Shown here: positions 40,061-50,520 of the stretch, piece by piece
Layout: every line of letters starts with the position of its first letter
How positions within the stretch are numbered: the first letter of the stretch is position 1
DNA from: Escherichia coli
GTDB taxonomy: Bacteria > Pseudomonadota > Gammaproteobacteria > Enterobacterales > Enterobacteriaceae
Strand: one strand, 5' to 3'
Assembly: GCF_024223415.1 (NCBI RefSeq)
Contig: NZ_CP100500.1
DNA: 64,000 bases
The notes under the pieces: model-generated
What the model saw: the letters and a program-made list of their open reading frames with translations, nothing else
What the model was told of the DNA's origin: nothing
The model's database searches: none
Program-made: the position numbers and the translations under genes

Positions 40061-40981
40061 CTGATACACATCCAAGTTAGTAAACCTGTCAGTTCTGATT
40101 TTACGTTAACTAAATCAGTTTAATGCTGCTGTAAAACAATCCTTCCTGTTTAAGCAATCAATCTGCTATTCGATTTTACTGATGTGACGTTTAACCTTTC
40201 CTGAGCTTTGGTTGTTTGTGGTTTTTGGTTTGTGTTTCGACGTTAAGCTGAGAAAAGTATCTTTACGCTAAATCAACCCGAACTTTCCTGAGGTGATCTG
40301 ACGTTCTTTTCGATGTGCTTACGACGATTCTGTTAAACGACTTTCTGGATGTTTTGATAACAATCAGATTGAGGCATTAACGATTCCTGACGTTTTGCTT
40401 TTTCATGTAAGGTCATTGTTTTCGTCATGATGTGGTTTTTCTTCTTGCATTGCGAAAGTGTGATGATTGGTTTTGGTTTTTTGATTCAGATGAGATTTAC
40501 GTTATCGATGGTTAATCGTTTTTATGGTGAGTAGTGAAACGTAACATTTTCGGGATGAGAAAATCGATTCTGATGGTGATGGGGATGATCGTGTTACGGC
40601 GTTATCTGTAAACAGGTTTTAAACGTGTCATTCGCATTCGTGATTGAGTTGTGTGATTAAGCTGTAGGTTTTGGCGTTGTTGTTGATTTGCATTGCCAGG
40701 AAGCGTTCTGGTTGCGTTTCTGGTGTTTTGTTCGAATGTTCTGTGGATCCTTTTCCCTTCAGGCTTTTCTCGTCGTCCATGTCGTTTTTAAATCCATTCA
40801 TGCTGTTGTTGCGTGTTTTGCTGCTGTGTGCAGGATTATCTTTTCGTTCCGGGATGGTTTGTTCCGTTTCAATCACTCTTAATCAGAGAGTTGTAGCATT
40901 GCTTAATGACATGATGCCGTAAAGTTTTACCGCGGTGATTAATGATGTGAAGTCAATCCAAATCAACGGAGATCTCTCATC

Positions 40982-41713
40982 ATGAATCAACCAATACACA
41001 ATGCTTACTGGTTATCCCGTTTTGACAGCCTTCTCGACAGTGCCCTGTCGCAGCACCGTGCCGTCTCGTTAATCCGGGTGGATTTACGTTTCCCTGAGTA
41101 TATGCCTGTCACCATCATGGATCCCGATCCGGATTCAGCGGTGATTTCTCGTTTTTTCGAATCCCTGAAAGCCAAAATCCAGGCTTACCAGCGGAAAAAA
41201 CGACGTGCCAACAAGCGTGTGCGTGCAACCACTCTGCGTTATTTCTGGTGTCGGGAGTTTGGCAAGGAAAAAGGCAGGAAACATTATCACGTGATATTGC
41301 TGCTCAACAAAGATACCTGGTGCTCGCCAGGGGATTTCAGCGAACCATCTTCGCTGGCGACGATGATCCTGGAGGCATGGTGCAGCGCCCTGCATCTTGA
41401 GGCCTGGCAAGGCGATGGCCTGGTCCATTTTTCCAGGTGGACGCCTTCCCGTAAACCAGCATCGTCTGATGCTCGCCCTTCTTCCGATGACACGCCTTTG
41501 TCGGGTGGATGTTCTGATACCAGGAAGGCTTCAGAAAAAAAGCCGGGTGAAGCCGCTGTTCTCTGGATCAAGCGTGGTGATGTGGAAGCGCTGCAGAAAG
41601 CCCGGAACAGAGCCAGTTATCTCGTGAAATATGAGACGAAGCAGCATGACGGTTCCGGGCAACGTAATTATGGTTGCAGTCGTGGGCCGGGGCGTCTGCT
41701 GGATGGCAGGTGA
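40982..41713 (+). CDS. YagK/YfjJ-family protein (inovirus Gp2-like)
   Basis: 243 aa; ...SLIRVDLRFPEY...KHYHVILLLNKD... pattern recalled from CP4-element yagK/yfjJ genes. Confidence 0.55.
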   Translation: MNQPIHNAYWLSRFDSLLDSALSQHRAVSLIRVDLRFPEYMPVTIMDPDPDSAVISRFFESLKAKIQAYQRKKRRANKRVRATTLRYFWCREFGKEKGRKHYHVILLLNKDTWCSPGDFSEPSSLATMILEAWCSALHLEAWQGDGLVHFSRWTPSRKPASSDARPSSDDTPLSGGCSDTRKASEKKPGEAAVLWIKRGDVEALQKARNRASYLVKYETKQHDGSGQRNYGCSRGPGRLLDGR

Positions 41714-42069
41714 GCCCTGTAAAACGACATCCGGTGCCTGAGCTTATGCTACAGGACGTTGGCTGACGCCCTTAGCTCGTTTTCTGAAAAAGTCGTCCTG
41801 AAGTCATGCAACGGTATTTTTCTCTGCTTTCGCTCCTGGAAACACTCCGTCGGTAAAACCTTACTGTCCTGCTTAATGATGTGAACCGAAGTCAACGGAG
41901 ATCATTCATTCTGAACCTGCATCCGGTGTTCTGTCCCTTGTCGGTTACCTGATCTTCCCGTTCTGCCGCGGTTTTTCACTTATTCCATCAACCCCATACG
42001 CAAGCCATAACACGTCAGCGCATCCACGGGCAGGACGCGTTGTGGGCTGCGTATAACGGAACATATCTT

Positions 42070-42642
42070 ATGAATGCTATCCCTTATTTCGACTATAGCA
42101 TGGCGCCCTTCTGGCCATCTTATCAGAACAAAATCATCGGCGTTCTCAACCGTGTGTTGCGCGAGCAGTCCTGCTCCCGAATACGGCGGATCCTGCTTCG
42201 TCTGCCGGGGGAACATGGCAACATCTTCAGCGACAGAAAAACCTGGTTCGGTATGGCCTTTATCGAAACCGTCAGTGCGCTGATGAATGCAACACCCGGA
42301 CGTGACCTCTGCTGGCTCCTGACTCGTCATCCTGAAAAACCGGAATACCACGTGGTGCTGTGCGTCAGACAGGAGTATTTCGACGGCCCTGAACTGGATC
42401 GGCTGATTCTGGATGCCTGGAGCAACGTACTGGGCTTCGCGTCACCGGGTGAAGCGGCACCGTACCAGAAACAGATAACCCGGGATGTGGTGCTGGACAG
42501 TTGTTCACCGGACTGCGAAGAGAGACTCAAAGAGCTGATATGGGCGTTCAGTGATTTCGCCCGCGATCATCGTGGTGTGCGCGATCCGGAAGCCCGTTAC
42601 CTCGCCGGTAATCCCTGGTATCCCGTAGCAGGCCAGCTCTGA
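42070..42642 (+). CDS. Second YagK/YfjJ-family paralog (ORF track start 42040 is TTG; ATG 42070 preferred)
   Basis: Starts MNAIPYFDY... parallel to MNQPIHNAY... of the first paralog; ...RILLRLPGEHG...EYHVVLCVRQEY... Confidence 0.5.
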   Translation: MNAIPYFDYSMAPFWPSYQNKIIGVLNRVLREQSCSRIRRILLRLPGEHGNIFSDRKTWFGMAFIETVSALMNATPGRDLCWLLTRHPEKPEYHVVLCVRQEYFDGPELDRLILDAWSNVLGFASPGEAAPYQKQITRDVVLDSCSPDCEERLKELIWAFSDFARDHRGVRDPEARYLAGNPWYPVAGQL

Positions 42643-42710
42643 AAGCTCAGCTCAGCAGATTCACCCGCATTTGCCCAACATTCATAAATCTCACAGAGGA
42701 CATTCTGACC

Positions 42711-42947
42711 ATGTTGACCTCAATGACAGGTCACGACAGCGTATTGCTGCGTGCCGACGATCCCCTGATCGACATGAACTACATCACCAGCTTCACTGGT
42801 ATGACCGACAAATGGTTTTACAAGCTGATCAGTGAAGGCCATTTCCCTAAACCCATCAAACTGGGGCGCAGCAGCCGCTGGTACAAAAGTGAAGTGGAGC
42901 AGTGGATGCAGCAACGAATCGAGGCATCACGAGGGGCAGCAGCATGA
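42711..42947 (+). CDS. alpA: AlpA-family prophage regulatory protein (HTH)
   Basis: 78 aa; ...LIDMNYITSFTGMTDKWFYKLISEGHFPKPIKLGRSSRWYKSEVEQWM typical AlpA. Confidence 0.8.
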   Translation: MLTSMTGHDSVLLRADDPLIDMNYITSFTGMTDKWFYKLISEGHFPKPIKLGRSSRWYKSEVEQWMQQRIEASRGAAA

Positions 42948-43060
42948 AACGTGTTGTAATGCCGGTACGCTGGCAATGTGCAAAATACCAGCGTTGGTAT
43001 TGTGGAAGCCGGCCCTGTCCCTGGTGCTGGCGACACTCCCGCTCATCTTTCTGCTGACAC
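42944..43060 (+). CDS. Candidate 38-codon Cys/Trp-rich small ORF translationally coupled to alpA
   Basis: ATG overlaps alpA stop (ATGA); translation MKRVVMPVRWQCAKYQRWYCGSRPCPWCWRHSRSSFC; below ORF-track size cutoff. Confidence 0.3.
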
Positions 43061-44882
43061 CCTCTGGTCAGCCAGCGGACTATCGTCCTTTCCTGACCGA
43101 TTCGTCATTCCATTCTTATTGATTATAACTGGCATTACACCGGTGCCGGCGTGCTTTTCTGTAGATCTGCACCGGTTTAACAAAATTCGACAAGGTTTGA
43201 AGGAGTATTCTGTGCAAATAAGCGAGGCCCTAATTTCAGAACCGGGGAAAATCCAGCGTTTTGTTCAGCAGGCGGTGGACCACTAGCCGCGTCTGCTGGC
43301 AGTCCACTTCACGCTTGATTCGGCTGAAGGGAATATTGACGAGGGGCAGATTCATGCATTCTGTACTGCCTTTTACCGACAGGTGCACGAGCGTATTACT
43401 GAACGTAATCACACGGCCAGCCCATCCTCGCCGGTGGTATTACGCTGGTTGCGGGAACAACATGGAGGAGCAACAATACGATGCCTGTTGCTGTTCAGCC
43501 AGGAGCTTTTCTGCCATCCGCGAGCCAGTGTGACAGTTGATGAAGAATGTTCACAACTGGTGGATTTACTACAACAGACTTGGCAGGTGATAAGCGCTGG
43601 CGGACAATGCCGGGTGGAAAAGCGTTTTCAGGTCGTCCGGGGTGATACATCTGGCCAGTATGTTGCGTTAAAAACAGTCGCATTGTCTCTGGGGTTACCG
43701 GTTGTGATCGCCATTACCCATCGTCCGGTACAGCGCTGTACATTGATTACAGCTCAGTGAATCAGCGCAGTTGTGCAGTCAACGAGGTTTTCTGGCTTTT
43801 CGTCGGTCATTCAGCATCATTAAACGGGTCTCTGCCTCTTTCTGTTCCTGTGGTGTCACTTCCCCGCACGGCTGACCGTTCAGGTTGTAACGGGCGCCAC
43901 CTGCTATTAACGCACGGTAATAGCGCGGAGACTGCACATAAGACGCCACTGCTGCATGTAATGTACCAGCGCCAAACGCCAGTTCTCGGATGGCGATATC
44001 CTGTATCAGGTCGTCAGGTATCCCCACTTTAAGTGGTTTTGTTTTTTTCCCGGTTGAATGACTCAGGCCAGAGTTCCACAAGACGAATAATGCGCTTACG
44101 GTTTTTGCTCTGGCGTTTTGTCATGTCGCCACGGTGTTTTATCAGCAGGTTTCTGTTTATCGTTCAACTGTGGTATCTGGTCACCGGCCTTCATTTTGTA
44201 TGCTGTGTCCGTTTTATTCTGCAGCGGCGTTGCCGGTGATTTACTGAAAATACCCTGCGGTTTACGGTTAATGGTCAGAGTTACCATCAATTTTGTTACC
44301 TCGCGCTGTCAATGGAAGTAGTACCTCATCCGATATCTGAAAATGTTTTCCGGTGGATGTTACAGCGAATTTCATGTAAGACATGTTGTTGTCGGTATTG
44401 TTCAGTACTGTGCGTTGTGAGCGTATTCGTTATCAGACAGAGGGGCAGGGAACAAACGTCAGAGGTTAAGGATATCCGGGAACAAATGGCGTAAACGGAC
44501 ATCTCAGTGCCTGAGAAACAGTACAGGTCAGGCCATCATGGCCTGCAAACAGAGCCCTGGCGACCCCGTGGCCGAAAACGAAACAATAACCCGCGCGCAG
44601 TGCGAGGAATCCGGATGTGAAGCAATCAGCAGGTAATATTAATGGCAGGACCAGCAGGTTCTTTAAACAAACGAACATGCTGTAATTGATATTTTGCTTA
44701 TTGTATTTTCTTTTTAGTTATTAAATTAATTTATTTACGAAAAATTTTCTGCAGATACAGGATGGGAATTCAGGGTGTCATCACGCCTTATGATGACACC
44801 CTTCCCCTGGTTGTGGAAAACCGAAGGATATATCAGGTTCAGCAACAAAATCAGTGAGCTGAAAGATACCAGTCCCCCAGCT

Positions 44883-45902
44883 TCAGCAGCTTTCACGTAA
44901 ACATAAACAGGGCTCAATGAATATCTGATTGCTCCAGTTACCTTCTTTAATTCGTTCCAGCAAAACATTTCCTGCTTCCAGACCAATTTTCCTGTGAGGA
45001 ACGGCCATTGTTGTTAATGATGGTTGGCAAACTTTGCTGACGTCACTGTCACCAAATCCTACTACGGCGAGCTCGTCTGGAACTTTGATCCGTCTTCGTT
45101 GACATTCATAGAGAACACCGCAGGCTAACTCATCTGACACACATACCAGGGCATCCAGTTCCGGCCATGCGAGCAAAAATTCCGGTAGTTGTGATGCTCC
45201 GGTGGAAAAAACAGGTGGCAGAGCAGCGTTAATAACACGGTTGGGAGACATATGATGGCGTAACATAGCTTTATACCATCCCTGTAAATGCTGCTGAAAG
45301 ATCCACTGTTCCTGGTTAGCGCATAGCAAACCGATATTCTGATAACCACGTTGTACCAGCATATCCGTCAGCTCGAACATTGCTGCAACATTATCAATAC
45401 CAATGTTGATATCTATCGGATCAGTACGAATGGCACCGATTTCTATAACAGGAATCGAGGCATTTTTGAGCAAGTGACGCACGGTACTATTATGCTCAAC
45501 ACTAAGCAAAATTGCTGCAGCGATATTAGAAGCCAGCAGGGTTTCCAGCAGTTTTTCTTCTTGTTCCAGACGATGGCGTGACTCAGCCAGGATTATTTGA
45601 TACCCCGCTGGTTGTAGCACATGTTGCAGCCCGGCAAACATTTCCGTGCATCCCGCTTCAGCCAGGTTTGGCACGACCATTGCGATCGTGTGTGAAGATG
45701 CCGATGCCAGTGCGCTTGCAGTGAGGTTGGGCATATACCCTAATTCATTAACTGCGGCTTCAATCTTCTCCCGCAATTTATCTGAAACTTGTTCGGGAGT
45801 GCGTAACGCTCTGGATACAGTCATTGTGCCAACTCCCGCGAGTTGCGCGACATCAGCAATAGTGACTTTACCTGTACTACGACGTTTTCGGGTTATTGCC
45901 AT
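44883..45902 (-). CDS. LacI-family transcriptional regulator
   Basis: N-terminal HTH VTIADVAQLAGVGTMTVSRAL plus periplasmic-binding-like sugar-binding domain; divergent from the PTS operon. Confidence 0.8.
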   Translation of the reverse strand: MAITRKRRSTGKVTIADVAQLAGVGTMTVSRALRTPEQVSDKLREKIEAAVNELGYMPNLTASALASASSHTIAMVVPNLAEAGCTEMFAGLQHVLQPAGYQIILAESRHRLEQEEKLLETLLASNIAAAILLSVEHNSTVRHLLKNASIPVIEIGAIRTDPIDINIGIDNVAAMFELTDMLVQRGYQNIGLLCANQEQWIFQQHLQGWYKAMLRHHMSPNRVINAALPPVFSTGASQLPEFLLAWPELDALVCVSDELACGVLYECQRRRIKVPDELAVVGFGDSDVSKVCQPSLTTMAVPHRKIGLEAGNVLLERIKEGNWSNQIFIEPCLCLRESC

Positions 45903-46153
45903 ACAAAATCCTGCTCAGCGACTACATATGGAGATCTTTTATTACTTATCATCAACGGCTTCCTGCACTGCCAGTAGCAGAGTATACCTCTTAATATCTG
46001 CCATAAGTCTGGATTTAATCAGTGAAATCTATTTTGATAGCGCTATCACAAATTCGAACAATACCTCCTGATAGCGCTATCTTTGTGATATTGATCGCAG
46101 ATATACCGTCGTTACTTGAATACATTCTGGTCATATAAATAAGAAATTAGGGG

Positions 46154-46603
46154 GTGGGAGTGCTTAATATCTGGCTTTCTGATTCAACAATCGCATTACG
46201 AAAGAATGCCGCAACCTGGCAGCAGGCATTAGATATCTGTGCCAGACCGTTACTGGATGCAGAGATAATTACGACGGATTATCTCAGTGCGATAAAGACA
46301 CAACATGAAAAACTGGGGCCTTATTATGTCCTGGCACCCGGGCTGGCCATGCCGCATGCCCGACCAGAAGAAGGGGCAAAAGGATTAGGTTTATCATTAT
46401 TAAAACTTGAAGAAGGTGTCAGTTTTCATACAGAGGAATTTGATCCTGTAGATGTTATCATTTTACTTGCCGCACCAGACAAACACAGTCATATCGAAAT
46501 GATATCTGCACTGGCTGAGTTATTCTCCAGCGAAAAAGATTTACATGAATTGCATCAGGCTTGCAATGTGGAGGAAATAAAAAAGATAATTTCACGGTTC
46601 TGA
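46154..46603 (+). CDS. PTS EIIA component, ascorbate (L-Asc) family
   Basis: ...GPYYVLAPGLAMPHARPEEGAKGLGLSLL... resembles UlaC/SgaA-type EIIA. Confidence 0.72.
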   Translation: MGVLNIWLSDSTIALRKNAATWQQALDICARPLLDAEIITTDYLSAIKTQHEKLGPYYVLAPGLAMPHARPEEGAKGLGLSLLKLEEGVSFHTEEFDPVDVIILLAAPDKHSHIEMISALAELFSSEKDLHELHQACNVEEIKKIISRF

Positions 46604-46681
46604 TTACATTATAAATTCAGTCTTTTCACAACATTGCGCCGTTGCGTGATGGGACTTCTTCAACTTAAAATGGTGAATATA

Positions 46682-46954
46682 ATGAAAATTATGGCTATTT
46701 GTGGCTCAGGGCTTGGTAGTAGTTTTATGGTCGAAATGAATATTAAAAAAGTTCTGAAAAAAATGGATATAGAGGCGGAAGTGGAACATTCCGATCTCTC
46801 ATCAGCAACGCCAGGGGCTGCCGATTTATTTGTGATGGCCAAAGATATTGCTGCCAGTGCCAGCGTACCGGAAAGTCAGTTGGTGGTTATCAACAACATC
46901 ATTGATATTAATGAACTCGAAACGCAACTGCGTAACTGGTTAGCAAAACAATAA
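46682..46954 (+). CDS. PTS EIIB component, ascorbate family (ORF track start 46634)
   Basis: MKIMAICGSGLGSSFM... phosphorylatable Cys motif typical of UlaB-type EIIB. Confidence 0.72.
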   Translation: MKIMAICGSGLGSSFMVEMNIKKVLKKMDIEAEVEHSDLSSATPGAADLFVMAKDIAASASVPESQLVVINNIIDINELETQLRNWLAKQ

Positions 46955-46970
46955 CCTTAATTGAAGCGAG

Positions 46971-48365
46971 GTGGATATGTTTATCCTTGAAACGCTGAAT
47001 TTTGTTGTTGATATACTTAAAGTGCCCGCGATACTGGTCGGCTTGATTGCCTTAATTGGTCTGGTTGCCCAGAAAAAATCTTTTTCAGATGTTGTTAAAG
47101 GTACAATTAAAACTATTCTCGGCTTTATTGTACTGGGCGGTGGTGCCACTGTTTTGGTTGGTTCGTTAAATCCTCTTGGGAGTATGTTTGAACATGCCTT
47201 TAATATTCAGGGCATCATTCCGAATAATGAGGCTATTGTTTCTATTGCGCTGGAAAAATATGGCGCATCGACGGCCCTTATTATGGCATTTGGTATGGTG
47301 GCGAATATTATTGTTGCCCGCTTTACCCGCCTTAAATATATCTTCCTGACCGGACACCACACATTTTACATGGCCTGCATGATTGGTGTGATTCTGACAG
47401 TGGCTGGTTTTGAAGGTATATCACTGGTCTTTACCGGTTCTCTTATTCTGGGACTTGTGATGGCATTTTTCCCGGCATTAGCACAACGCTATATGAAGCG
47501 TATTACGGGGAATGATGACATTGCTTTTGGTCACTTTGGCACTCTGGGATATGTACTTTCTGGCTGGATTGGCAGCGTGTGCGGTAAAGGTTCCCGCTCC
47601 ACCGAAGAGATGAATTTGCCCAAAAATCTGAGCTTCCTGCGCGACAGTTCCATCTCTATTTCTCTTACGATGATGGTGATTTATCTGATCATGGCGATCA
47701 GTGCTGGTCGTGAGTTCGTTGAAAGCCAGTTCAGTGGTGGTCAAAACTACCTTGTCTACGCCATCATAATGGCCATCACCTTCGCTGCTGGTGTATTTAT
47801 TATTCTGCAAGGCGTGCGTTTAATCCTTGCTGAAATAGTTCCGGCATTTACCGGGTTTTCAGAAAAGCTGGTGCCGAATGCCCGTCCGGCCCTCGATTGC
47901 CCGGTTGTGTATCCGTATGCGCCAAACGCAGTGTTAGTTGGTTTCTTGTTTAGCTTTTTTGGCGGTCTGGTAGGGCTATTTTTGTTGGGACAGATGAAAC
48001 TGGTGTTGATTCTTCCGGGTGTCGTTCCTCACTTTTTTACCGGGGCGGCTGCTGGCGTATTTGGTAACGCTACGGGGGGACGTCGTGGCGCAATGATTGG
48101 TGCTTTTGCGAATGGCTTATTGATTACCTTCCTGCCTGTACTGTTATTGCCGGTTCTTGGGGCGATAGGCTTTGCTAATACGACCTTTTCCGATGCAGAT
48201 TTTGGTGCTGTCGGCATCGTCCTCGGAAACCTGGCACGTTATCTCTCACCTTTTGCCATCACCGGACTTGTAGTAGCGCTATTTGTGCTGCTGGTTGCCT
48301 GGAACATTTTCGCCAGTAACAAAATCGCTGCCAAAGCGCAGAAGAAGAGTGGAGCCAAATCATGA
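46971..48365 (+). CDS. PTS EIIC permease, ascorbate family
   Basis: 464 aa polytopic membrane protein; ...VKGTIKTILGFIVLGGGA... and ...ILQGVRLILAEIVPAF... resemble UlaA/SgaT. Confidence 0.82.
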   Translation: MDMFILETLNFVVDILKVPAILVGLIALIGLVAQKKSFSDVVKGTIKTILGFIVLGGGATVLVGSLNPLGSMFEHAFNIQGIIPNNEAIVSIALEKYGASTALIMAFGMVANIIVARFTRLKYIFLTGHHTFYMACMIGVILTVAGFEGISLVFTGSLILGLVMAFFPALAQRYMKRITGNDDIAFGHFGTLGYVLSGWIGSVCGKGSRSTEEMNLPKNLSFLRDSSISISLTMMVIYLIMAISAGREFVESQFSGGQNYLVYAIIMAITFAAGVFIILQGVRLILAEIVPAFTGFSEKLVPNARPALDCPVVYPYAPNAVLVGFLFSFFGGLVGLFLLGQMKLVLILPGVVPHFFTGAAAGVFGNATGGRRGAMIGAFANGLLITFLPVLLLPVLGAIGFANTTFSDADFGAVGIVLGNLARYLSPFAITGLVVALFVLLVAWNIFASNKIAAKAQKKSGAKS

Positions 48366-49192
48366 ATGTTAAAGAATTGACTCAATTTGCACGGGATATA
48401 CGTATCCAGACGCTTAAATCATTAACTCATCTCGGCTTCGGTCATTATGGTGGCAGCATGTCGGTTGTGGAAACGCTGGCAGTGCTTTATGGCGCTGTAA
48501 TGAAAATTGATCCTGCTGCTCCCGACTGGCCTGAGCGTGACTATTTTATCCTGTCCAAAGGACATGCCGGACCTGCTCTCTACAGTACTCTGGCGCTGAA
48601 AGGCTACTTTCCACTGGAAGAATTAAGCACCTTAAATCAGAACGGAACCCGCTTACCAAGTCATCCGGATCGGCTAAAAACGTGTGGTGTTGATAGCACC
48701 ACAGGATCGCTGGGGCAGGGGATATCCATTGCCGGAGGGATGGCGCTGTCGCATAAACTGGCGGGGCGCAAGAATCGGGTTTTTTGTATTGTCGGCGATG
48801 GCGAACTTAATGAAGGCCAATGTTGGGAAGCTTTCCAGTTTATCGCGCATCATCGTTTGAATAACCTCACTGTGTTTGTGGACTGGAACAAACAGCAGCT
48901 TGATGGTCAACTGGATGAAATTATTAATCCATTTGATTTGGAAGGAAAATTCCGGGCTTTCGGTTTTGATGTCGTGACAGTGAAGGGCGATGATATTGAG
49001 GGCTTGTTGAATGTAGTTAAACCTGTCCTGCCAGCTGAGGCCAGACCGAGAGTGGTCATTCTCGATAGCATTAAAGGGCAGGGGGTGCCGTGTCTCGAGC
49101 AACTCAGTAATTCTCATCACTTACGCCTCACAGAAGAGATGAAGGGGACGCTAAACGAAACAATTCGCCAACTGGAGGCTATGCATGATTAA
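48362..49192 (+). CDS. Transketolase, N-terminal (TPP-binding) subunit
   Basis: ...GHYGGSMSVVETLAVLY...SKGHAGPALY...GSLGQGISIAGGMAL... Confidence 0.85.
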   Translation: MNVKELTQFARDIRIQTLKSLTHLGFGHYGGSMSVVETLAVLYGAVMKIDPAAPDWPERDYFILSKGHAGPALYSTLALKGYFPLEELSTLNQNGTRLPSHPDRLKTCGVDSTTGSLGQGISIAGGMALSHKLAGRKNRVFCIVGDGELNEGQCWEAFQFIAHHRLNNLTVFVDWNKQQLDGQLDEIINPFDLEGKFRAFGFDVVTVKGDDIEGLLNVVKPVLPAEARPRVVILDSIKGQGVPCLEQLSNSHHLRLTEEMKGTLNETIRQLEAMHD

Positions 49193-50138
49193 TCTCGCAC
49201 CGGCAGGACAAAAAGACAGCATTGAAATGCGCAAAGTTTATGCAGATTTTATCGCGCAACAGAGTAAAAACGTCAGTTCTGTCATTGCTCTTGAGGCTGA
49301 TTTAATGAGTTCCATGGCAATGGACAGCGTGGCGCAGGATTATCCAGATCACGTCATTAATTGCGGCATTATGGAAGCCAATGTTATCGGCACAGCTGCA
49401 GGGCTGGCCTTAACCGGGCGCAAGCCATTCGTGCATACCTTTACCGCATTTGCCAGTCGTCGCTGTTTTGATCAACTCTTTATGTCGCTTGATTACCAGG
49501 GCGCTAACGTCAAAGTTATAGCTTCTGATGCGGGTGTTGCTGCTTGCCACAATGGCGGAACACATATGTCATTTGAAGATATGGGAATTGTGCGCGGGCT
49601 GGCGCATTCGGTGGTGATGGAGATGACAGATGCCGTAATGTTCAGCGATATCTTGCGTCAACTCGTTGCACTGGAAGGATTTTATTGGATTCGTACCATT
49701 CGGAAGCAAGCAGCGAGTATTTACGCACCAGGTACAACCTTTACAATTGGCAAAGGGCAGGTATTACGTGAAGGTACGGATGTCACCTTAATTGCTAATG
49801 GCATTATGGTGGTGGAAGCCCTGGAGGCCGCACGTCAACTTGAGCTGGCTGGGGTAAGTGTAGCGGTGATTGATATGTTTACGCTCAAACCCGTTGATCG
49901 GATGTTAATTAAAAATTATGCCGAAAAAACAGGACGGATCGTAACATGTGAAAACCATAGTATTCATAATGGATTAGGTTCAGCGGTTGCTGAAGTGCTT
50001 GTAGAAACTTGTCCTGTGCCCATGCGTCGGGTGGGGGTTAAAGAGCGGTATGGCCAGGTTGGAACTCAGGACTTTTTACAGAGAGAGTACGGGTTAACCG
50101 CGCAAGATATTGTGGCGGCAGCCAGAGAGCTATTGTAA
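49185..50138 (+). CDS. Transketolase, C-terminal (pyrimidine-binding) subunit
   Basis: 317 aa, overlaps N-terminal subunit gene; ...IGTAAGLALTGRKPFVHTFTAF... pattern. Confidence 0.85.
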   Translation: MINLAPAGQKDSIEMRKVYADFIAQQSKNVSSVIALEADLMSSMAMDSVAQDYPDHVINCGIMEANVIGTAAGLALTGRKPFVHTFTAFASRRCFDQLFMSLDYQGANVKVIASDAGVAACHNGGTHMSFEDMGIVRGLAHSVVMEMTDAVMFSDILRQLVALEGFYWIRTIRKQAASIYAPGTTFTIGKGQVLREGTDVTLIANGIMVVEALEAARQLELAGVSVAVIDMFTLKPVDRMLIKNYAEKTGRIVTCENHSIHNGLGSAVAEVLVETCPVPMRRVGVKERYGQVGTQDFLQREYGLTAQDIVAAARELL

Positions 50139-50239
50139 TTCATGGAGTTTGTTTACCATTCTGTTTTTCTTAAAAGTGAGTGTCTGTGCGGTCACTAAAC
50201 TCGGTAATAAAGCAGTTCATTGCAGGATAAGAAGCGTTT

Positions 50240-50520
50240 GGTTGTGTCGTTTTACCGTAAGAACCGACCGCCGTATGTAGCCATTAAGCCAGTATTGGTA
50301 ACGTAGGTGCCCACCTTTTCAAACTGGTGGACGCCTGTTATGGAGCAAAAACATTATCCGCAGAACCCCGCAGATCATTTTCAAATGAGTTAAACTTCAA
50401 ATGGTTAAACTGGTTTTGCAACCAGGAGCCTCTGTTGCCCGTATTGCCCGGGAACACGATATCAATGATAACCTCCTGTTCAAATGGCTCAGACTCTGGC
50501 AGAACGTAAGGTAAAGGGAG
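50240..50520 (+). mobile_element. Truncated IS66-family remnant (terminus plus partial tnpA)
   Basis: accgccgtatgtagcc motif shared with the IS66 terminus at ~63490; out-of-frame fragment ...QPGASVARIAREHDINDNLLFKWLRLWQN resembles IS66 TnpA. Confidence 0.5.

Noticed and set aside
43261-44290. Overlapping small ORFs on both strands between alpA and the LacI-type gene (43261..43533, 43383..43760, 43779..44081, 44096..44290)
   Set aside because: Frames overlap each other and none shows a motif I recognise; possibly frameshifted remnants of CP4-type genes, but I cannot support a specific call.
44770-44810. Hairpin gggtgtcatca-cgcctta-tgatgacaccc downstream of the LacI-type gene as an intrinsic terminator
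   Set aside because: A 10-bp stem is present but no U-tract follows on either strand, so a terminator call is not supported.
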